Part shown: piece by piece, positions 18,360 through 25,596 of the stretch
Layout: each line of letters opens with the position of its first letter
Numbering within the stretch: the first letter of the stretch is position 1
Origin: an uncultured Chloroflexaceae bacterium
Lineage (GTDB): Bacteria > Chloroflexota > Chloroflexia > Chloroflexales > Chloroflexaceae
Direction of reading: 5' to 3'
Assembly: GCA_964526735.1 (NCBI GenBank)
Contig: CAZGLO010000001.1
Span: 6,214-70,213 of the forward strand
Length of the DNA: 64,000 bases
Translations under genes and position numbers: made by a program
The notes under the pieces: generated by a model
Told to the model about the DNA's origin: nothing
The model's database searches: none
Seen by the model: the letters and a program-made list of their open reading frames with translations, nothing else

Positions 18360-19730
18360 ATGCACCAAAAAAATACTATTCTCATCGTGGATGATGAACG
18401 ACTGGGACGTGCCACCTTGGAAGCACTTCTTCGCCATCCTCACTATCAACTCTTGTTTGCAAGCAATGGGAGTGAAGCATTGGAGCAGGCCCATATCGTC
18501 CCTCCTGATCTCATCCTGCTCGACGTGATGATGCCAGACATCGACGGATTCGAGGTGTGCCGCCGTATCCGTTCCGACACGTTGTTGAGCGAAGTGCCCA
18601 TTATTATGGTCACCGGCCTTGACGACCGCGAATCGCGCATTCAAGGCATTGAGTCGGGCGCAGATGACTTCATCTCCAAGCCGTTTGACCACACCGAGCT
18701 GCAAGCGCGGGTGCGGACAATCACCCGTCTCAACCGCTACCGGCGGCTGTTAGAAGAACGGAACAAGTTTGAACGAGTTGTATCGCTCTCTCCCGATGGC
18801 TTGATGGTCATCTCATCAACGGGGGAGATTTTGCTCGCCAACCCTGCCGTTATCCGGTTGCTCTATGGCGAGGAGGAGGAAGAAACCCCCCTTGTTGGAA
18901 ACACGATTAGGGTATTTGTACCCGAAGAGCATGTCGACCATTGTCTGGCGCGCCTCAACGCGATTGGCACGGGAAAGATCGCCATGGTGCGCTTTGAGAC
19001 GGAGATGATGCGCAGCGATGGCACGCGGTTTTCGGCAGAAATCACCAGCGGGCATATTGTGTGGGATGCCACTCCGGCTGCACAGGTCAATGTCCGCGAT
19101 GTGACCGAGCGGAAACGGGCAGAAAAAGAGATCCGGCGCTCCAAAAATGAGCTGGCACTGGCCTACGATGCGACGTTGGTGGGGTGGGTCAAGGCGCTTG
19201 ACCTCCGCGACCGCGAAACCGAAGGCCATTCGCAGCGCGTGGCAGAGATGTGCGTGCGGCTTGCCCAAGCAGTCGGCTATGAGGGTGAGGATATTGAGAC
19301 GATCCGCCGCGGTGCGCTGCTGCACGACATCGGCAAGATGGGCATTCCCGATCACATCCTCTTTAAGCCCGGCCCGCTCACCGATGAAGAGTGGTCGTTG
19401 ATGCGCAAACACCCGGAGTATGCCTACGAGTGGCTTGCACCCATCGAATACCTCCGCCCGTCGCTTGATATTCCCTATAGCCACCACGAAAAGTGGGACG
19501 GGACAGGGTATCCACGCGGCCTGAAAGGCGAAGATATCCCACTCCCTGCCCGCATCTTCGCCATCGTCGATGTGTGGGATGCACTACGCTCCAAACGCCC
19601 CTACCGCGAAGTGTGGCCGGAGGAGAAAGTATGCAACTATATCCGTTCGCTCTCTGGGAAACAGTTTGATCCGATGGTCGTGGAGGTGTTCCTTGCCAAC
19701 TACCACAACTTGACGAACGTCTCATTTTGA
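18360..19730 (+). CDS. Response regulator with PAS and HD-GYP (c-di-GMP phosphodiesterase-type) output domain
   Basis: Receiver ILIVDDERLGR..DLILLDVMMPDIDGFEV. HD-GYP signatures: HSQRVAEM, LLHDIGKMGIPD, HHEKWDGTGYPRGL. ATG lies 4 nt after the upstream stop. Confidence 0.9.
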   Translation: MHQKNTILIVDDERLGRATLEALLRHPHYQLLFASNGSEALEQAHIVPPDLILLDVMMPDIDGFEVCRRIRSDTLLSEVPIIMVTGLDDRESRIQGIESGADDFISKPFDHTELQARVRTITRLNRYRRLLEERNKFERVVSLSPDGLMVISSTGEILLANPAVIRLLYGEEEEETPLVGNTIRVFVPEEHVDHCLARLNAIGTGKIAMVRFETEMMRSDGTRFSAEITSGHIVWDATPAAQVNVRDVTERKRAEKEIRRSKNELALAYDATLVGWVKALDLRDRETEGHSQRVAEMCVRLAQAVGYEGEDIETIRRGALLHDIGKMGIPDHILFKPGPLTDEEWSLMRKHPEYAYEWLAPIEYLRPSLDIPYSHHEKWDGTGYPRGLKGEDIPLPARIFAIVDVWDALRSKRPYREVWPEEKVCNYIRSLSGKQFDPMVVEVFLANYHNLTNVSF

Positions 19731-19933
19731 TGCTCCAAATTGATGCTCCCAACCTTCAGGAGGAGAAGGGGGAAACACTTAAGGCAACAGCGTTGGGGGG
19801 ACTGAGAATGCGATTGCCTAGATGCGGCGCGGCGGGATGGTTGCCGTAAAGCCCTAATCGCTGTACAATGTCGCGCAGATGTATGATATTCAAGGATTTT
19901 GCATAGCGTTTGACCTGGCAAGGATATGCGCAC

Positions 19934-20584
19934 ATGTTGAGCTATGATGAGATTGTGATCAAGTTAGAGGAGGCATGGGTCGAAGCCGGGTTCCACGAAT
20001 ATCTGCTGACCGAGTCTGTCGAGCCAGAGACTCACACCCGCACCTTCAAAGTGGAGCTGTTTTCAAACCTGATTGAGATTCCCGACGAGGAAGTGATGTT
20101 GCCGTGGCTTGAGATTAGCTTTACGTGGTCTCCCGTACACCAACTCTTGTCCGACGGCTACAAGATCAAGAGCAACGATCCGGTCAACCTGACATGGGCC
20201 TACAACGTGATTGCGCAGGGCGATTTGAGTGAGCGTGGGGATCGAGAACTCGCGCGTCTCTACCGCAATGCGGTTGAACGGGCATTGCGCACGATGTTTT
20301 CCTCGAATGCTATCGTGGAGCCGGTGCAATTGCCGGTCGAAGTGCGCCGAACCTACCAATGTCTCCCCGACTCATCGGAGCAAGTCTTTGTGCAGTTGGT
20401 CAGCTCAACGCTCACCAACCTATCTGAGATGTGGACGAACCACGATTCCGATGCGCTGCAGGCGCTTATCAGCAACGATACCCACGTGGCAGGCGCTATT
20501 ATCCAGTCACTCGCCAAGACCTTCTTGCCATCGCGTCCCCTTGAACGGCACCAAAGCTCCTACCGCCCCGTGGATGCCGCATAG
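19934..20584 (+). CDS. Hypothetical protein
   Basis: 216-codon ORF from ATG 19934 (AAGGA 9 nt upstream). No family recognised. Convergent with the ParA gene. Confidence 0.5.
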   Translation: MLSYDEIVIKLEEAWVEAGFHEYLLTESVEPETHTRTFKVELFSNLIEIPDEEVMLPWLEISFTWSPVHQLLSDGYKIKSNDPVNLTWAYNVIAQGDLSERGDRELARLYRNAVERALRTMFSSNAIVEPVQLPVEVRRTYQCLPDSSEQVFVQLVSSTLTNLSEMWTNHDSDALQALISNDTHVAGAIIQSLAKTFLPSRPLERHQSSYRPVDAA

Positions 20585-20620
20585 ATGGCGGGTGAGCGGA
20601 AAGAAATCCACCATATTCCT

Positions 20621-21580
20621 CTACCGCAAACTCGCCATCAGTTGTTGCTGGCGGAATTTGCATCGGTCGCAATAGGCGATGCGGTGGCCAGCCAGCACAA
20701 AATGCCGTAACGTATTGCTGCAATGGGGGCAAACAGTCGGCAGCTTCTTGGGAGCAAGCGGCGGGGGAATTAACTCCGTCGAATCGATATCAGGGATGGG
20801 TTTTCGCTCATCCTGCTCATCTTCATCACCAGCCGGTTTCAGTTTCCATACTTTGGCCAGCCGCTCAACCAACCGCGCATAATCTTCCGCGCCCCGCGAC
20901 TTCTTCTTATACTCAAAGATCGTCTTGCCGAACGATGATGCTTCCGAGAGAGAAACATTGACGCGAATGGGCCGCGTGACCGCATTCCCGTAGGTCTCTT
21001 TGAGGTGATTGAGTAGGATGTCTGACTGACGAAGCCGAGCATCGTACATTGTAGGGATAATCATCCGCACTTTGACCGATCCCTGCGTCCGGTGGGCAAT
21101 CTGTTTGAGTAGGTTGTTCAGACCGCGGATAGAGAGATATTCCACGGCAGTCGGGATAATCACCTCGCTCGCCGCAAAGAGAGCATTGATGCTCATCATG
21201 TTGAGCGACCCGGGGGAATCGATCAAGATGAGATCGTAGTAGGGCTTCATTGGCTTGATGGCATGGTCAATTGTGCGCGCCCAATCAGACCGCTGCGGCA
21301 TAATGGGCAATGCTTGGACTAAACTCTCGTCGGCGGCAAGCAGATCGAGGTTTGGGCGGGCGCGCGTGATGCATTCAAAAGGAGAAACCCCCTCTACAAG
21401 CACATCGTAGAGCGAACGTTTCGGCTCTACCCCCAACGATAGCGCCAAGTTTCCCTGGGCATCAAAGTCGATCAGGAGGACACGCGACCCCCGTAGCGCA
21501 AGTCCCGCCCCAAGATTGACAGCCGTCGTTGTTTTGCCGACCCCACCCTTAATATTGATAATGGCAACGACTAGTCCCAC
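20621..21580 (-). CDS. ParA/Soj-family Walker ATPase with C-terminal acidic linker and CxxC-x16-CxxC zinc ribbon
   Basis: Deviant Walker A IINIKGGVGKTTT, then LLIDFDAQGNL and LIDSPGSL. C-terminus TVCPHCSNTLRHFVLAGHRIAYCDRCKF. GTG start 21580 with GAGGGGA upstream. Confidence 0.9.
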   Translation of the reverse strand: MGLVVAIINIKGGVGKTTTAVNLGAGLALRGSRVLLIDFDAQGNLALSLGVEPKRSLYDVLVEGVSPFECITRARPNLDLLAADESLVQALPIMPQRSDWARTIDHAIKPMKPYYDLILIDSPGSLNMMSINALFAASEVIIPTAVEYLSIRGLNNLLKQIAHRTQGSVKVRMIIPTMYDARLRQSDILLNHLKETYGNAVTRPIRVNVSLSEASSFGKTIFEYKKKSRGAEDYARLVERLAKVWKLKPAGDEDEQDERKPIPDIDSTELIPPPLAPKKLPTVCPHCSNTLRHFVLAGHRIAYCDRCKFRQQQLMASLR

Positions 21581-21647
21581 AGTTCCCCTCGTAAGCTATT
21601 TGCACTATGTGCGCTTTCACAGCCGGTGACGAATAAAGAAGTAATAG

Positions 21648-21724
21648 GCAAAGAACAGACAAAGAACAGGCAAAGAACAGGCAAAGAACAGGCAAAGAAC
21701 AGGCAAAGAACAGATAAAGAAAAT
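21648..21724. repeat. Head-to-tail 11-bp iteron array (GCAAAGAACAG x6 plus one degenerate unit)
   Basis: Read directly: five perfect units, one with a single mismatch (ACAAAGAACAG) and a degenerate seventh (ATAAAGAAAAT). Ends 67 nt upstream of the ParA start. Confidence 0.95.
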
Positions 21725-21764
21725 GCACACAGGGGACACAAACGCTCCCCACACGACAACACGT

Positions 21765-21773
21765 ATTATAGCA
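21765..21773 (-). promoter_or_regulatory. Candidate extended -10 element (TGCTATAAT on the minus strand) upstream of the iteron array and ParA gene
   Basis: The plus strand reads ATTATAGCA. I could not identify a convincing -35. Confidence 0.35.
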
Positions 21774-21834
21774 TAGCGTCGAATGATTGGTTGTCGTACG
21801 ATAAGGAGGGAAAAAAGTCTGAGAGACGATAAGC

Positions 21835-21867
21835 AGACGACAAGCAGACGACAAGCAAAAGAAAAGA
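21835..21867. repeat. Second 11-bp tandem array (GACGAYAAGCA x3)
   Basis: Read directly: GACGATAAGCA GACGACAAGCA GACGACAAGCA, followed by an A-rich tract. Confidence 0.9.
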
Positions 21868-21954
21868 AAAAGGGACGTACACTCGGCACGTCCCTCTCAC
21901 CGTTTTCGGCTTAAAATATTCTGATTTGCAGGTTTTACGGCCCTTTATACCAAG

Positions 21955-24393
21955 CTACCGCAAAATCACCGGCAAGAAGACTTCAGGCTTCTTCAGAATA
22001 GTGAAACCAGGCTCCAATTGGAGCGCGTTTGATGTCAGCAGGTGATCCGATGTATTCCCTGCCGCGTCCATGATGCGGGCATAGACGTAATACTCGCCAC
22101 TGGTTTGCAGATTACCCGGCAGATTGGTGAAGAGATCCCAATCAGCGATGGTGAAGGAGAAGTAGCCATTGCTTGCGCTTGGGTTCTCCACCTGCACCGG
22201 CACCCATTGGCCATCCAGCTTGGTGGTGTCGGAAATAAGCTCGCGGCTATTTGCCAGCATCACGCCCCAGAACGGCTGTCCAGTGGTTTCTTGTGTGCTT
22301 GCGCCGTCAAGGTAGTCCTTAACTTGCAGTTCATCGAACGACAGATCCACCCACGTCTCATGAGTAGAGGAGATGGGGCTACTCTGTTTGGCAGTGCGCA
22401 AGGTACCCGTATTGGAGATGACCTGCGGGCTGGCTGCATCATAGATGATAGTGCGGCGATATTCGTAGGAATGGTCAATCCCATCCGTCACCTCCACCAC
22501 GACACTGTGCTCTCCCGTTTCTTGGGGGTTCAGCGGTATCCGGCTGGAGGCGATGCTGCCATATTCCACCGGCACCTCTGTCAATGTGCTTTCGCCGCCT
22601 GTTGATTGTGCGGTCGTGGCTTCCTCGCCAATGCGCACCTGCTTGAGGCCGCTACATTCGCCAGCCCGTGCTTGCACATCGACCATGTAATATGGCTCGC
22701 TGGTGTAGATGGGGTCACCTTGGCTCGTGCCCTCAACATTTACATCCGCATCTACACCCGGGTCGACATTGATAGCCGCGGACATCTGCGCCGAGGTCTT
22801 GTCTGAGGCACTGTTGTAAAATTTGCCGTAGATGGTCTCTACCGAACAGGGGTTGGTCTCTGGGTTGCTATCGGTAGGCAGTTGCCAGTTTTGCACCGAG
22901 TAGGAAGCGGGAGCGGTCAATGCATTCATATCGGTGAACGTTGCTGGCTCAGAAGTACCGCTGTTCCACAGCCGATATTTGTCTGCCTTGCCCTGCTTCA
23001 ACATCAATGTGACCAACACCTTAGAATCGGTCGCCAAGTTTGCCCCATTGTTGACGGTGAGAGAGCCTTCCGGCTGATCTGGTGGCGGAGTGGGCGTGGC
23101 GGTTGGGCCAGGGGTCGGAGTTGCGGTTGGAGTGGCAGTCGGTTGAACGCTGCCGCCGCCGCCGCCCGGGTCAACGCTATAGCGCACACCGTCGGTATTC
23201 CCCTTGATCCACACGCCGATCTTGCCAGACCCGCCGCCGCCAATCGATGGTGCGGTACTCTTCTCGTTGCCGTCAATCTCAAGTGGCGAGGAGAGGGTGG
23301 CGGTGTTGGGATTATACGAGTTGTAGAACACCCGGTGGGTACTGAAGCCTTTTCCATCCCAATACTTGTGCTCAGAGACAATGTGTGCCACTCCGCCAGA
23401 TGAGTAGGCGTCGGAGTTGGCAGCCCACTTGTCGGAGCCAATCAACACCTGCCCAATCGGCTGCCAGTTGCTGCCCTGATCGTTACTCGTCAGCAGCACC
23501 AGCCGGTAGCCGCTACTTGTCCCGCCAGTCACGAACCCACCATAGATGCGGCCTGTCCCCTGGTCGACTTCAAGCAACGGCAAGTCGCTGGCCGAGTAGC
23601 CAAGTTGGGTGGTGATATCGACATAGCCGTAGGGGCCATCGCGTCCACCGCGGCTGTAGTAGACCCGCGCGCGTTCGCTCTCCGATTTGTGATATTCGTA
23701 GAGGACGTGCACCACCGCGCTGCTCCCTGAGCCAGTGACCGCGACACGGTTGTTGCGAACCAAGTAGCCCTTGGAGCCAACCACGCTTTGTGGGTTCGAC
23801 CACGACATCGGCCCACGGCGGTAGGCAACTTCGGCATAGGCTTCGCCGTCGCCCAGCCCAAGGCCACACGTCACAAATGGCGTGCCCGCCGCGTCGAGGG
23901 CAAGGTCAAGGCCCCACCCACATTCGTCAAGCGAGGTAGCTTCTTTGGCCCAGGTTCCAGAGTTCCCCGTCGCGCTGTAGAGGTAATAGACGCGGTGGTC
24001 TGTACTCAATACGGCGACGTGGACTTTATCATCTGGCCCCACCTCTAAGCTGATGCCATTATACTTGGTTTTGCTGGTGGTGACAGACTGCATCGCTTCC
24101 CAAGAAACCGAATTGCCGTCTGCCGCCAGCTGCCCGCGGATATAGCGGACATTGCCATCAAGATCGTGCCAAAGGACGTGCACTTTCCCCGAGGAGCTGA
24201 CCCGTACGTGGGGCCACAGCGCTTCCGGCGTGGAGCCGGGAACAAACATGATGTTCGTCCACGCAAAGACACTGCTCATTGAGCTGACGAGGAAGAGCGC
24301 CACAATGGCGGCCATCAAAATACGTTGTATGGAATGACGCGCCGTCAGTGCATTCACTGGGCGGTGTATGATGTGTATAAGAGAACGTATCAT
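21955..24393 (-). CDS. Large secreted protein: N-terminal sialidase/BNR-like beta-propeller-type region, Pro/Thr linker, C-terminal Ig-like region
   Basis: Start re-picked at ATG 24393 (GGAGGGG RBS). Signal-anchor AAIVALFLVSSMSSVFAW, recurrent V.V.W.. strands, and the linker PTATPTATPTPGPTATPTPPPD. The propeller assignment is an inference. Confidence 0.7.
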   Translation of the reverse strand: MIRSLIHIIHRPVNALTARHSIQRILMAAIVALFLVSSMSSVFAWTNIMFVPGSTPEALWPHVRVSSSGKVHVLWHDLDGNVRYIRGQLAADGNSVSWEAMQSVTTSKTKYNGISLEVGPDDKVHVAVLSTDHRVYYLYSATGNSGTWAKEATSLDECGWGLDLALDAAGTPFVTCGLGLGDGEAYAEVAYRRGPMSWSNPQSVVGSKGYLVRNNRVAVTGSGSSAVVHVLYEYHKSESERARVYYSRGGRDGPYGYVDITTQLGYSASDLPLLEVDQGTGRIYGGFVTGGTSSGYRLVLLTSNDQGSNWQPIGQVLIGSDKWAANSDAYSSGGVAHIVSEHKYWDGKGFSTHRVFYNSYNPNTATLSSPLEIDGNEKSTAPSIGGGGSGKIGVWIKGNTDGVRYSVDPGGGGGSVQPTATPTATPTPGPTATPTPPPDQPEGSLTVNNGANLATDSKVLVTLMLKQGKADKYRLWNSGTSEPATFTDMNALTAPASYSVQNWQLPTDSNPETNPCSVETIYGKFYNSASDKTSAQMSAAINVDPGVDADVNVEGTSQGDPIYTSEPYYMVDVQARAGECSGLKQVRIGEEATTAQSTGGESTLTEVPVEYGSIASSRIPLNPQETGEHSVVVEVTDGIDHSYEYRRTIIYDAASPQVISNTGTLRTAKQSSPISSTHETWVDLSFDELQVKDYLDGASTQETTGQPFWGVMLANSRELISDTTKLDGQWVPVQVENPSASNGYFSFTIADWDLFTNLPGNLQTSGEYYVYARIMDAAGNTSDHLLTSNALQLEPGFTILKKPEVFLPVILR

Positions 24394-24404
24394 GCTACCC
24401 CTCC

Positions 24405-25310
24405 TTATTTCCATGCATGGAAGTTGTCAAAGTAGGCATACCCTTCCACGCCCGCGTAAAGCCCAACCTTGCCCGCAATGGTCGCTGGCAATATGGCTGT
24501 CAATGGGGAAGCATCGTCCACGTATGCAGTGATAGTATCATCTTCCTGCTCAAGACGAAGCTGATACCACTCATCGCGCTGCATCACCGTATCTTCGTCA
24601 TTGGCGAGCACGGTCGCAACACCATCTTCCACCTGCACCAGCGACATGCCGGGCGAACCAAGGCCACGGCCATCTTCAGCGCTGAGCACAAGCGCAACGT
24701 AGGAAGCCCCCTGCTCATCTTCTCCCTCTCCCCCTTCTTGATAGCCCATTACGAGGCCAACTTTAGAAGCATTGCGCGACAGGGCGCTCACTTCAACCGC
24801 ACCATCGCCCTCGAATGACGCCGGGGCAAGCGCAAGCATATCGTTGAGCGGGTTCATCGCGCGGCTGTTTGCCGGTGGGAAGAAGGTGCCATCTTCGTGT
24901 CGCTGCCAGGTCGGGGCGGCGAGCGGCTCCCACGAAACGTGGTCGTAGCTCCATCCCGCGATATCGCTTTCAAAGTCGTTCTGGTAGACCATATCGGCAT
25001 CTTGCGCCGCGGCAAGCCCTGCCGGTACCGGAGCCGCTTCAATAGGGGCCGCCGTGGGCACCGGCGGAAGATCTGGGCCTTTTTCAATGGTTATGGGTTG
25101 GGTGGTGATACCGATTTCCATTGGGAACGCTGTGGGTTGATTTTTGTCAGAAGATGGCTTGGGAGGTACGGGGTTGAGTGCATTGACCTCTTGACGTACG
25201 TCATCCTCTGGCGGGGCGGCTATCCCTGTAAACCGTTGGGCTACAAGGAACCCAATCCCTCCAATCACCACAACGAGAACTATACCAATAATCCGATAGT
25301 ATCGTCGCAT
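24405..25310 (-). CDS. Membrane-anchored protein with Pro-rich stalk and LamG/DUF1080-like jelly-roll domain
   Basis: N-terminal TM IIGIVLVVVIGGIGFLV. The C-terminus ends KVGLYAGVEGYAYFDNFHAWK, reminiscent of concanavalin-like lectin/DUF1080 domains. Confidence 0.6.
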   Translation of the reverse strand: MRRYYRIIGIVLVVVIGGIGFLVAQRFTGIAAPPEDDVRQEVNALNPVPPKPSSDKNQPTAFPMEIGITTQPITIEKGPDLPPVPTAAPIEAAPVPAGLAAAQDADMVYQNDFESDIAGWSYDHVSWEPLAAPTWQRHEDGTFFPPANSRAMNPLNDMLALAPASFEGDGAVEVSALSRNASKVGLVMGYQEGGEGEDEQGASYVALVLSAEDGRGLGSPGMSLVQVEDGVATVLANDEDTVMQRDEWYQLRLEQEDDTITAYVDDASPLTAILPATIAGKVGLYAGVEGYAYFDNFHAWK

Positions 25311-25596
25311 CTTCTCATCCTGCCTTTCCGCGCTACGACAATAGACAATAAGGAAACCAGACTTGCCTTGACGTGGTCGTAGCGTGTTGCTTTATAGTAA
25401 TGTTGATAATATCTTACCGAAGTGGTTGTTTGACACCCTCAATGGCCGGGGTTTTCAAAAACACATCGGAATAACGTTCTTTCCTACTACAAACGAACCA
25501 TACACCTCTATGTTACACCCAAAATGGCAAAAAAACACTATTTTTCATCTTTGAAAGGGATATTTCAGCAAGAATTGACCTATTTTCTAGAAAAAA

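Noticed and set aside
18816-19487. 223-aa minus-strand ORF
   Set aside because: It is antisense to the PAS-HD-GYP gene, whose motifs are unambiguous.
21648-21724. Possible CRISPR array
   Set aside because: The units are 11 bp and directly abutting with no spacers, and there are no cas genes. This is not a CRISPR array.
21549-21889. Several 60-100-aa ORFs on both strands with CLFFACSLPVL-type or KEQAKNRQRTG-type repeats
   Set aside because: They are simply translations of the 11-bp tandem arrays. An 11-bp unit is not a multiple of 3, so the peptide repeats cycle through frames. There is no RBS and no coding signal.
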